Shown: in pieces, positions 26,510-38,450 of the stretch | How the letters are laid out: every line of letters begins with the position of its first letter | How positions within the stretch are numbered: the first letter of the stretch is position 1 | Source of the DNA: Octopus vulgaris | Taxonomy: Eukaryota | Direction of reading: 5' to 3' | Length of the DNA: 64,000 nucleotides | Assembly (NCBI GenBank): GCA_951406725.2 | Contig: OX597827.1 | Coordinates: 1,612,001 to 1,676,000, forward strand | The notes under the pieces: model-generated | The model's input: only the letters and a program-made list of their open reading frames with translations | What the model was told of the DNA's origin: nothing | Database searches by the model: none | Program-made: the position numbers and the translations under genes

Positions 26510-26925
26510 AGGCATAGGAGTGGCTGTGTGGTAAGTAGCTTGTTTACCAACCACATGGCTCCGGGTTCAGTCCCACTGCGTGGCACCTTGGGCAAATGTC
26601 TTCTACTATAGCCTCGGGTTGACCAAAGCCTTGTGAGTGGATTTGGTAGACGGAAACTGAAAGAAGCCTGTTGTATATATATATATATATATGTGTGTGT
26701 GTATATGTTTGTGTGTCTGTGTTTGTCTCCCCAACATCACTTGACAACCGATGCTGGTGTGTTTACATCACCGTAACTTAGTGGTTTGGCAAAAGAGACC
26801 GATAGAATAAGTACTGAGCTTACAAAAAATAAGTCCTGGGGTTGGTTTGCTCGACTAAAGGCGGTGCTCCAGCATGGCTGCAGTCAAATGACTGAAACAA
26901 GTAAAAGAGTAAAAAGCGTAAAGAG
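26510..26925 (+). mobile_element. tRNA-derived SINE, family A (best-preserved copy)
   Basis: A box tggctgtgtgg, B box ggttcagtccc, CORE-like ggcaccttgggcaa, internal (TA)(TG), tail gcggtgctccagcatggctgcagtcaaatgactgaaacaagtaaaagagt. Confidence 0.85.
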
Positions 26926-26995
26926 AATGTATATAACTATTCTTACTGTGACGTTGATAGACACAAATATATACACATACACAATATATACCCAA

Positions 26996-27031
<36 letters not shown>

Positions 27032-27673
27032 TTACATACATATTCTACTTTAGAAACATCAAATACACACATACATACACATTCAGATACACACAAGTGC
27101 ACAAACACATATTCTGTTGCTTGCACACAAAATGGTAAATAGAATTTGAAATACTTATCAGTCATTTAGACAGCAACCATACAAACATGTGTGCATCTGG
27201 AAACCAAAACACTTACACACCTTCCCACATGGATTTATGTAGAATGTATGAATACTTATGTAGATATATATATATACAAGTGTGCATACATGGATTATGT
27301 ACATTTGTATAGATATGCATGCATAAACATACATGCAGATGCTTACATATACATTTGTGTATGTGTGTATGTTATGTCAGTGTGTGTGCATGTGCTTGTG
27401 TGTATCTGTGCACACATATATGTATATATGTATGTGTGTGTGTATGTATATATGTGTGTGTATCTATGTATGTGCATGTGTGTATGTATGCATGTACATA
27501 TGTACATATGTATGTATGTATGTATGTGTAATGTATGCATGTATGTGTAATGTATGTGTATATGCATGTGTGTGTATATGTGTGTGTGTGTGTATGTGTA
27601 TATATACAAGTATATCTAAATTTATAAAAACTGTACAGAAATATGCAGTGAGAGGGAGAGAGGGGGAGACAGA

Positions 27674-27711
<38 letters not shown>

Positions 27712-28616
27712 AGGACAGGGGAGAGAGGGAGGGGAAAATGGGAAAAGGAAAACAAACAATAACAATAAAAATAAATTCAATAAAATAAATACTAACAAAA
27801 CGAAGTATAATCCCATCACTCACTCTCTACCACCACCACCACCACCACCACCAACACCACCACCGCCTCCTCCTCCTCCACCCACGCAACTCCCATAACC
27901 CACATCATGCTCCTCCTCCCCCTCCTCCTCTTCCTCCTCTTCTTCATCACCAGCATCACAAAAATTAACTTGAAAATAATAAACAAGCATGTATAACATG
28001 ATAATAGTGAGAGAGAGAGAGAGACAGAGAGAGACAGAGAAAGAGAAAAAGAGGGAGAGAAAGTGAAAGTGAAAGAGGGAGAGAGAAAGAAAGAGAGTAA
28101 GAGATTTAAAGATAAATCTTTGAACACAACATAAATAAAAGAAAAGAAAAAAAGCAAGAAAAACACAAACAAGAAAAATAAATGAATAACACAAATCAAA
28201 TAACAAAAAAGAAAAACAAAGCAAAAAATTCAAGAAAGAAACAGTGGCAATATTTATGAATTGTTTATACTAAAAGAAAAGACAAGTCTTAGAATGAAGA
28301 AAGACAAGTCTTAGAGAGAGAACATTCTAGAATTTGCTAAATTCATAAGTGACATATTTGTAAAGGGTATCTGTCTGCCTCTCTCTCTCTCTCTCCTTCC
28401 CATTCACTCCCTTTCTTTTTCTCTCTTTCTCTCATTCTTCCTCATAAGTAAAATCACTCACTTCCGAAAATCTACAAATTTTGATCGAATCTGCCATTTG
28501 AGATAAAGTTTCCCAGATTTTGAATTCCAGATGAAATCCTACCAGAATTAACTGCAATATAAAAATTGTCTATTCTTATCTCTTTTATTTCATATTTTTG
28601 TATTATATTTTACTTT

Positions 28617-28940
<324 letters not shown>

Positions 28941-29384
28941 TAGCTAGCTAGTTAGCTAGTTTGCCATTCATCCACATAGCATTCTTGCCCAGGTAATTTG
29001 TTTTGTGCATGTGTGCATGTTTGGGTGTGTGGTGTGTGTGTGTGTGTGTGTGCACACACATGTGCATGCGTGTACATGTGTGTGTTCATGTGTGTGTATG
29101 TGTGTGTGTGTGTTGTGTAAGCTTGAGTGCATGAGTATGTTTCTGACTATAGGGTGATTGAAATAAAATAAAATAAAGTAAATAAGAATAAAATGGCTTT
29201 GTAGGAGCAGCGTGGATGTGTGATTAAAAAGCTTGTTTTACAACCATGTGGTTTCAGGTTCAGTCCCACTGCATGGCAAGTTTCCTTTTTACTATTGTCC
29301 TGGGTCAGCCGATGCCTTGAGAGAAAATTTAGTAGATGGAAAAAGTGTAGAAGCCATATATATATACAGGCAGATTGACAGATA

Positions 29385-29603
29385 ATGACAAATGTCAATG
29401 TCTGGAGTTAGCAAATCATTTTGGTACTTTGTTTACAATCGTTTCATCAATATTCAGTATAATTAATCTTGCATAATTCTGTAACCATTCTGGCAACTAT
29501 TGGTTACGGCATTGTGTAAGATTAATTATATTGATTAATAATGAAACGATCATAAATGAAGTATTAAAATGATTTGCTAACTCCATTCTTTGACATTTGC
29601 CAT
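29385..29603. mobile_element. Fold-back / MITE-like imperfect hairpin (about 100-bp arms)
   Basis: ggagttagcaaatcatttt...ataattaatcttgcataat...gtaacc / ggttac...attgtgtaagattaattat...aaaatgatttgctaactcc with a loop of about 15 nt. Confidence 0.8.
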
Positions 29604-29946
29604 AATACATACTCTATGGATATTTTATCTTTTACTTGTTTCAGCCCAGGGTGGAGGTCATCCTGGTGCCAGATAATTGGAGCAGTAAGGTGAAAAGGCT
29701 TTCCACTTTTCAATTTTCAGATACTCAATGTCTGTGGAAGTGTTTCATGTTGTAGATACCAGGCTTATACACCCCATCTCACTTACTATATATATATATA
29801 TATCCCCCTCCTCCTCCTCCTCCTCCTCCTCATCATCATCATCATCATCATCACCATCCTTTCACATTCTTTTCCCATACTGGAATATATATATATATAG
29901 TATTAATTAATAGTAGGTGATAGGTTTTGTATTATACTTTTATTAG

Positions 29947-29989
29947 GTACAACATGTTTTTACCCATCAGTTTGGGTCTCTTCAGGTAC
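29947..29989 (-). ncRNA. Degenerate minimal hammerhead ribozyme
   Basis: Revcomp GTAC CTGAAGA GACCCA AACTGA TGGGTA AAAA CATG T T GTAC: stems I and II and palindromic ACATGT present; G12 lost. Confidence 0.6.
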
Positions 29990-30254
29990 ATTGATAAAGG
30001 AGTCTCAATAGAGATTTTTAGTTGTAGCTGGCTTGTTGCTATACACCCATCAAGTTAGGGAATGAATAAAAGCAAATAATATAATAGAAATGCAAAAAAA
30101 TTAAATATGAATTTTTAAACACACTAAACGAATTATACTTATTTGTCCAAATTATGTATTATTGTTGTTGTTGTTGTTGTTATTATTACTAGTATTATCA
30201 TTATTATTATTTATTTTATATATATATATATTTATATGTGTGTGTGTGTGTGTA

Positions 30255-30450
30255 TGGGACACTCAACAACTGTTTCAGGAGTATCCGGTGGTGCATATGT
30301 ATCTCATCGGGTGATAAATAAATACAACTCATTAGAATGCCTGTTCCGCAATGTAACTTTCCGTCTTGTAGAGAGAAAAGCAGTTAGATGGAGGAAATAT
30401 CTTCATTTATATAGAAGATCAAAAATAAGACCACAGATGGAAAAAAGAGA
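30255..30450 (-). mobile_element. Second partial copy of the Penelope-like pLTR at 10560-10750
   Basis: Revcomp ...ttttctctctacaagacggaaagttacattgcggaacag...ttatcacCCGATGAgatac...ggatactcctgaaacagttgttgagtgtcc aligns to 10600-10750. Confidence 0.85.
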
Positions 30451-31728
30451 AACGAACACGCAATCCAACTGGTGGTGATGGCGAGAGTGGTGGTGGTGGT
30501 GATGATGATGATGAAGAGGATGATAAATGAATGAAAGGCAAACTTAGAATGTGGAGATTTACAACAAATACCATGAGGTAATTTTCTCCAACTCCCCAAA
30601 GACCCTGTTAGTTTTTCACCATCTTAAAATAAAAATAAAATAAAAAAACAAACAAAAAATACAGAATGACACATTGGATAATGTAGTCCTAGATACACTA
30701 CAGTGGAAACTATTTCGATTTTGTTATGGCTGGAATGCTTTTGATCATAGATCCACTTGATCATCAACAACGAATTGTCAATGAAAGAAAATTTTGTCCA
30801 AAAATATTAAACAATTCTTCTCCCAAACAAAAATCTATCCTTTTGCTCTTTTTACCATATTTTTGTATTTACACAGTTTAAAACAAAGTCATGTACTTTG
30901 TCCTTGCCTAGGGGCATCCTACACTATGATTGTTATAATTCTAAATTCCTCTCCACCTATTTTCTTACTCTTTGTGAACAACCAATTAAGACTTTGTTCT
31001 GTTAGTCTTTTTTTTTTATATATATGCATGTATATATATATATATATATATACATATATATATACACATTTTTTAATAAATACATACACCTTTGTATCAA
31101 TCTAATAATATACAACAGACGTATTGACAAAGTTTTCTATTAAAATGGTGATTTAGCATTTATACCACACAAAAATGATTCAATTCTAACAGCTGCTGCT
31201 TATCATAAGGTCTGCTACAAGAGAAATTACTGATTCAAATTGCTTCCTTGACAGAATTATTGAAGTAAAATACAGCTTAGAGGCATTTTAAAACAACAAG
31301 CTCTTCTTCTTTCATTTAATTTAAATTTTTTATCTTTTTATTTATTAATTTTTTTTCAGATGTGACATTTTCAAACTTTCCATACAATAGGTAGCAGAAC
31401 AGCACCACTGTTTAATTTTGCTTTGATGTTTGTTCAAACTTAAGGATATTGAATTATACAAGAATGTTTTATTAGATCTTATGGCTGTATTGTTAAGAAG
31501 TTCACTTGGCAACTACATAGCTTCAGGTTCAGTCCTATGGCATGGCACCTTTGGCAAGTGTTGTCTACTATAATTGAGCACCAATCATTGCCTTGAGAGT
31601 GAATTTGGCAAATGGAAACTGTGCCGAAGCACATTGGATCCATACGTAAAAACATACATGCATACATACATGCATGCATGCATACATATATACATAAATA
31701 CACACACACACATTCATACATATATATA

Positions 31729-32378
31729 TCAGGTCATCCCATAAGTTCTGTCCGATTTTACTGTTTTTGAAATTGAATGAAAGTTAATAGTATTTTAGAA
31801 TGTCTAATGGAATTAAAAATTATTTTTATGCATTTGTGTACATTTAAACTAATTAAATATTATTTTACAGAATAATAGGATTAAAATTTCTTTGATTAAA
31901 ACCCTTTCTAACATGGAAGTATCCAAACAGCATTTGAGGTACATAATGCTTTATGAAGACGAAAAACGAAACTCTGCAGCCAAAGCAACTCAAAACATAC
32001 ACTCAGTTTATGGGAAAGAATGCTTGAATGGAAGAACTTGCAGAAGATGGTTTGCAAAATTCAGAAGTGGAGATTTCAGCCTTGAAGATGAAGATTGAAC
32101 AAGACGTCCAGTTGAGTTTGATGATAAGCTCTTTGAGGATTACTTGAAGAAAATCCTGCATTATCAGTTGAAGAATTGGCAATAAAGCTTAGTTCAAACC
32201 ATATAACTGTTCATCATCATCTTCAACAACTTGGAAGGTTTCTAAACTTGGAAAATGGGTGCCTCATGATTTGTCCGAAAACAACTGCAAATCTCGAGTT
32301 GACATCTGCTCTTCTCTCCATTCTTGCAAACTCATTTCACCCTTTTTGGATAGACTTGTGACTGGTGATGAAAAATGT
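31729..32378 (+). mobile_element. Mariner DNA transposon, 5' part (TIR plus truncated transposase pseudogene)
   Basis: TA followed by TIR-like tcaggtcatcccataagttctgtccgattt; from ATG 31913 MEVSKQHLRYIMLYE...TCRRWFAKFRSGDFSLEDE, WVPHDL motif and FLDRLVTGDEK (first catalytic D); stop and frameshifts; 3' half missing. Confidence 0.92.
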
Positions 32379-32389
32379 TATTGCTATTG

Positions 32390-32449
32390 TTATTGTTCAG
32401 GTCACTGCTTATACAATAATAATAACAATAATAATAATAATAATAATGC

Positions 32450-32492
<43 letters not shown>

Positions 32493-32692
32493 TCGAAAAA
32501 TACCTTAGGAATGAGAACCCAGGTTTGAAATTTCCCCAAGACACCTGAAGAAGGCTGGAGGGTAGATCAGCCGAAACGTTGTGTTAACAACAAACAAGAT
32601 GAGGATAAATATCCGTTGAATGTAAATAATGTAAATAATGTAAATAATGAAAATAATGTACATAATTCCTTATCTCTTAAATATAGAACTGT
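32390..32692 (+). mobile_element. HHR-bearing SINE/retrozyme-like element, copy 1
   Basis: Near-identical to 35600-35947; inverted ttcaggtcactgc remnant, (AAT)n, body with HHR, aatgtaaat repeats. Confidence 0.85.
32540..32585 (+). ncRNA. Minimal type-I hammerhead ribozyme, intact core
   Basis: GACAC CTGAAGA A GGCTG GAGGGTAGAT CAGCC GAAA CG T T GTGTT: stem I GACAC/GTGTT, stem II GGCTG/CAGCC, palindromic ACGT stem III, GUU site. Confidence 0.8.
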
Positions 32693-32956
32693 ACTCTTTG
32701 ACAAGTGTTGATATCTTGGCATCTGAAGCAGCTGGAGATACGATAGTTTGACCAAAAGAACCGGCTTTTGCAAGCAAAAATAAACATTGAAAAGAACGCA
32801 TTTGGTCAAATTTGGACATACGACATTTTAACAAAATAGCAACGATATTTATATCTTATGTGTGTGTATGTCTCTATTTGTCACCTATGACTACGTAACA
32901 ACAGGTGCCAGTCCAAATATGCAAATGTGTGTAAGTGTATACATTTTTTACCTTAC

Positions 32957-32992
32957 CGAATAAAATGGCTGCATGGTAAGCCATTCATTAAG
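32957..32992 (-). CDS. Candidate 36-nt exon
   Basis: Minus strand: attaac branch-like, gttgtgtttgctag| acceptor, 36 nt (LNEWLTMQPFYS, or phase-2 LMNGLPCSHFI), donor TCG|GTAAGG. Confidence 0.35.
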
Positions 32993-33194
32993 CTAGCAAA
33001 CACAACGTTAATTGCAATTGTTGTGATGGTTGTAGCCATGGTAGTGGTTATATTAGGGGCTGCTAGTTGTGATGATACTTGGGATTGTGGTTGTGTTGTT
33101 GTTGTTGTTGTTGTTGTTGTTTTTATTGTTGTTGTGTTGTTGTTGATGTCGTTGCTGTTTAGTTCCAGGTCAACCATAACTGAACATAGATATG

Positions 33195-33602
33195 AGCAGA
33201 CGTGGCTGTGTGATAAGAAGCTTGCTTCCTAACAACATGGTCCTGGGTTCAGTCCCAGGATGTGGCACCTTGGGCAAATGCATTCTACTATAGCTTCAGG
33301 CTGACTAAAGCCTTGCGAGTGGATTTGGCAAACAGAAAATGGATGAAGCCCATCGTATATGTGTGTGTGTGTGTGAGTGTGTGTGTATGTTTGTGTCTGT
33401 GCTTGTTCTTCAACACTGCTTGACAACTGGTGTTGATGTGTTTATCTCCCTGTAACTTAGCAGTTCAGCAAATGAATCCGATAAAATAAGTATGAGGCTT
33501 AAGTACTGAGGTCGATTCATTTGACTAAAAATTTTTCAATGCGGTGCCCCAGCATGGCCACAGTCTAATGACTGAAACAAGTAAAAGATAAAAGATAAAA
33601 GA
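33195..33602 (+). mobile_element. SINE family A (full length)
   Basis: Colinear with 26510-26925; tail gtaaaagataaaagataaaaga. Confidence 0.85.
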
Positions 33603-34045
33603 TGAGCGTTATTAAAAGCACGCTGGATATGATATAATCATTTTCAAGACAGAGTGTGACCTGAGGTGAATTTGGCTGCTATTTCTAGTAGAGTAGTGGT
33701 GGTGATAATACGGTGGTGATGGGTGGTGCTGGTGATGTTGGCGCTGGTGTTCGTGGTGGTGGTGGTGGTGGTAGTAGCAGTCCCATGGCTTCTGTCGTTG
33801 TGGTGGAGAAAGAAGTGAATGAGATGCAGATGTTACTTGCTTTTTCTGTCCTACTCTCACCACCACCACAACCACCACCACCTCCACCACCTCCACTCAT
33901 ATTTGGTTGTTGCCCACTCCCCCACTCACTCCACTCCCACCCTCTTTCTCCCTCATTACAGCTAATTTATAGCACCCGTGTGTACTGTAAATTATTGACA
34001 TCTTAAAGATAGTTTTACAACCATGTTGTTTATCACTTTCACAAG

Positions 34046-34076
<31 letters not shown>

Positions 34077-34261
34077 ACATGTATGAGTAAATGCGCGTGT
34101 GTGTGTGTATGTGTATGCGTATGTCAGTGCATGTATATGTGTTTGCATGCACTTATGTACATACACATACATATATGCCTGTATATATGTGTGTATATAT
34201 GTGTATATGTATAAAAAGATGAAATAGATAATACAGATTTTTTGGCATTTAATTTACATTG

Positions 34262-34377
<116 letters not shown>

Positions 34378-34674
34378 TGTGTGTATATATATATATATTT
34401 ATATATAACATCATTACATCATCATTTCATCATTTAGTGGCCTTGCTGGTAAGAATTGGAAGGTGTGTATGCATATATATATATATATATAAATAGACTT
34501 AGCAGTTGTAGTAACCGACTCAAAGATAAAATATCCATATATTCTATCAGTATCCGTTACCTGTGTTATTCCCGGGCAATGCTGTGCAGGGACACCATAT
34601 ATGTTGAGCATAGTTAACGATAGGATAAACAGAAATTTACCATTTTCTAATTATTTGTATTTATATATAGTGAA

Positions 34675-34920
34675 AGTGCATGGCTCATTGGTTAGAGCAT
34701 TGTGAGGTTGTGAGTTTGATTCTTGGACCAGGCAGCATGTTGTGTTCTTCAGCAAGACAATTTATTGGATGTTGCTTCAGTTTACTCAGCCATAGAAATG
34801 AGTTGTGATGTCACTGGTGCCAAGCTGTATTGGTTTTTGCCTTACTCTTGCATAACATTGGTGGCATGGAGAGGAGAGGGGAGGCGACTGGTGGTCTCCC
34901 ATAAAAACAACCCAACGTTA
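34675..34920 (+). mobile_element. SINE family B
   Basis: tggctcattggttagagc...gagtttgattc...gtcactggtgccaagctgtat. Confidence 0.65.
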
Positions 34921-34974
34921 TGTGTACTTATTACACTCTTGGAGACTGGAAGGGCATCTAGCCATAGAGACCAT

Positions 34975-35462
34975 GCTTGATCAGTATGATCTTCACACAT
35001 TGGGCCTCACAGAGGCAATGACTAGTGACTGAGACCTTTGGCAATATGCAGTGCTTGAGAACACCTGTCAAACCAAGTGAAATCATAGCTGTGGCCAATA
35101 CTGGTGTCACATAATTAGCACCTATTCCAGTGACATGTAATATGCACCTTCCAAGTGCTGGGCCTCATGGCAGCAATGACAAATGACCAAGACCTTTGGC
35201 AATATGCTCTGCTTGAGAAGAAGCCAAGTGAAATTGTAGTCTTGGCAGGTATTGGTGTCATGTAAACTGACACCTATGCTGGTGGCACATAAAAGCAACT
35301 ATTACACACTCGGAGTAGTTGGCATTAAGAAGGGCATCAGCTGTAGAAATCATGCCAAATCAGGCTAGGATCTGGTGCAACCCCTCAGCTTACCAGTCCT
35401 GATCAAACCATCAAATCCACACCAGCATAGACAACAGACTCTAAATGATGACGATGATGATG
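34975..35462 (+). mobile_element. RTE LINE ORF end plus 3'UTR with internal tandem duplication
   Basis: DLHTLGLTEAMTSD*DLWQYAVLE; unit gggcctca..gcaatgac..gacctttggcaatatgc..gcttgagaa occurs twice; (GAT)n tail. Confidence 0.75.
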
Positions 35463-35596
35463 TGTGTATATGTGTGTGTGTGGGTGCGGGGGTTGTGTGT
35501 GTGTGGGGGGGTGTATGCATGCATATATATACTTGACTCCATCTGTCACGAATGACCATGGGTGCACCTAAGAGGTTCCACTCCAGAGTACAAGTC

Positions 35597-35599
<3 letters not shown>

Positions 35600-35646
<47 letters not shown>

Positions 35647-35722
35647 TCACTGCCTGGAATTGAACTTGGAATCTACTAATCCCAAGATTCCGAGTTCAAT
35701 TCCAGGCAGTGACCATAATAAA

Positions 35723-35759
<37 letters not shown>

Positions 35760-35947
35760 GTAACACTGAAAAATACCTTAGGAATGAGAACCCAAGTTCG
35801 AAATTTTCCCAAGACACCTGATGATGGCTGGAGGGTATATCAGCCGAAACGTTGTGTTAACAACAAACAAGATGAGGACAAATATTCGTCAAATGTAAAT
35901 AATGTAAATAATGTAAATAATTCCTCATCTCTTAAATATAGAACTGT
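35600..35947 (+). mobile_element. HHR-bearing SINE/retrozyme-like element, copy 2, with fold-back head
   Basis: (TTA)n, 30-bp hairpin 35645-35714 containing B-box-like gagttcaattcc, (AAT)n, then the same body as 32491-32692. Confidence 0.85.
35813..35858 (+). ncRNA. Minimal type-I hammerhead ribozyme, intact core
   Basis: GACAC CTGATGA T GGCTG GAGGGTATAT CAGCC GAAA CG T T GTGTT; differs from copy 1 only at N7, the base before stem II and loop II. Confidence 0.8.
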
Positions 35948-36021
35948 AAAATTCTCATTGGTAATCTTCAAGTTTGTTGGGATGCATTTATTCTTTTCTT
36001 GTCGAACATTTCACAAAGCTA

Positions 36022-36420
36022 TAGGTGCAAGAGTGGTTGTGTGGTAAGAAGCTTGCTTCCCAACCACAGAGTTCTAGGTTCATTCCCACCATGCGGCACC
36101 TCGGGCAAGTGTTTTCTTCTATAGCCACAGGCCAACCAAAGCCTTGTGAGTAGATCTGGTAAATCAAAACTGAAAGAAAGCTGTTGTAAATATTTATATG
36201 TACTTGTGTGTGTGTCTTTGTGTTTATCACGTCCTACTGTTTGAAAACTGGTGTTTGTGTGTTTACATCCCCCATAATTTAGCAGTTTGACAAAAGGGAC
36301 CAATAGTACCAGGCTTAAAAGAAAACAAAAATGTAATTTGGTCAATTTGACAAGAAAGTCTTCTAGGTGGTGCTGCAGAATGGCCGCAGTCTAACAACTG
36401 AAACATGTAAAGGATAAAAA
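36022..36420 (+). mobile_element. SINE family A
   Basis: ggtgcaagagtggttgtgtggtaagaagcttgcttcccaacc... through ...ggccgcagtctaacaactgaaac. Confidence 0.8.
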
Positions 36421-36924
36421 AAACAGGTCTCCAAGCAAGTTAACCTTTTTCCCATGTCATTTGGACATGAAGAGCACAATGGCCAAACCAGTTGCCACGG
36501 GAGATTGCAAAGGACCAATTGAAATACGGTGACATTTATTTACAGTTAGTACACAGTATCAAGACAAGGAGACATGAAAACACACACACACACTTATCTA
36601 CACACACACGCGCACACGCACACACACACACACACACTTGCACACACACATACCTGTACCTGTAATATAATCTTTTATTCATGTACTCTTTTAACATGTT
36701 TCAGCCCAAAGGCTGTGGCCATGCTGGAATGCCACTAATATTATCATACACACACACATACACAAACACACACACACACACATACACACACACACACGTT
36801 TGCATGTTTACTTTCTGTATTACATATTTGTTTTATTTCTCATTTGTTCCCTTTCTATTGTGTTTGGTCCCTTGTTTGTTGGTTTGCCATTTCCTGGCAA
36901 CTTCTTGCTGTCGGTGCCATCAAG

Positions 36925-37020
36925 TGGGGAGAGTGATATTATTGCTGAAGACACGAAATTGAATTTGACCCTCCGGCCGAGAACTAAGGATGATTTGGCG
37001 ACATTCTGGACCTGTTTTCG
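36925..37020 (+). CDS. Candidate 96-nt symmetric exon (strand uncertain)
   Basis: About 210 nt AG-free, pyrimidine-rich run, then caag|; phase-2 reading GESDIIAEDTKLNLTLRPRTKDDLATFWTCF; donor CG|GTTCGT; CpG-containing unique sequence. Confidence 0.3.
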
Positions 37021-37341
37021 GTTCGTTTGTGCATTTATTCAATGTTCATTCGTTCAGAAGAGGGCATAAACTCTTGATTGTTAACGGTCATCAGGATTTT
37101 AGTGTACCAGAATAAGCATAAAAGACTAATTAATAATGAAATATGAGAAAACTTTAATGAAAAACTAACTGATTTGAAATATGGTTGTATCTTCGATTTA
37201 CTGTGTTTGAAAGAAAATCTGTTCCCTTAAATATAAATATATTTGAATATTTATATGCGTGTGTGAGAGTGAGTGGATAGTCGAGTGCACATATCTATAT
37301 ATATACATATGTATATGAATATTTATATACATATGTATGTG

Positions 37342-37383
<42 letters not shown>

Positions 37384-37982
37384 TATGTATGTATGTATGT
37401 ATGTATATGTATGTATATATGTATGTATATGTATATATATATATATATGTATATATATATCTATATATATATATATGTATGTATATGTATGTATATATGT
37501 ATGTATATGTCTATATATATGTATATATATATATATATGCATGTATATGTATGTATGTATATATATATGTATATATATGTATATATATATGTATATATGT
37601 ATGTATGTATATATATATATGTATATATACATATATATATATCATCATCATCATCATCATCAACGGACGCTAAACGATGATGATGATGATGATGATGATA
37701 TATATATATGTATGTAAACACACACACATGCTCATAAATTCAAACACATTAGTGATTAGCATGCATGTATATGTTTATGTGTGCATGTGAATGTGTGTGT
37801 GTGTGTGTGTATAGATATAACTACTGAAATGCATTTATGCCTACAAACACACACACATACACATACACACATCTATTTAATCACAGACAGATATACACAA
37901 AATATATGTACACAAATACACACATTATATATATATATATATATTTGCATGTATGTATATGTAAATAACACATATGCCCACA

Positions 37983-38231
37983 ACAAAAATAACATTTGAA
38001 TCAATTTGCAACATTTTAAGATCCACCTAATTTTTCTCCACCTTCTGCATTTTCGTCATTCTACCAAATTTATTTACAAATTTATATATTTGTTTGCTAA
38101 AATATATGGGCTTATTTTCATTTATTCCATTATATATTATTGTTTGGTGATGGAGTATATATTTAAAACAACGACTCTGGTGTAAGCTTTCTGTATCTCT
38201 CACTCTCTCTCTTTCTCAATATACATATATA

Positions 38232-38262
<31 letters not shown>

Positions 38263-38450
38263 GTGTGTAGTTGCTTGTTTTAAATATATACTCCATCACC
38301 AAAGTATAATATATAACAACAGAATAAATAAAGGAATGAAAATATAAATAAATTTGGAAATAAGTTTGGTCAGAACAGGAAAAACGTGGAAGGAGGGAAA
38401 AATTATGTGAATCTTAAAATGTTGCAAATTGATTCAAAAATATTTTTTGC
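37983..38450. repeat. Diverged inverted repeat pair (37983-38176, 38269-38450) around a microsatellite
   Basis: tttgaatcaatttgcaacattttaagat / atcttaaaatgttgcaaattgattcaaa and tttggtgatggagtatatatttaaaacaa / ttgttttaaatatatactccatcaccaaa. Confidence 0.9.
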
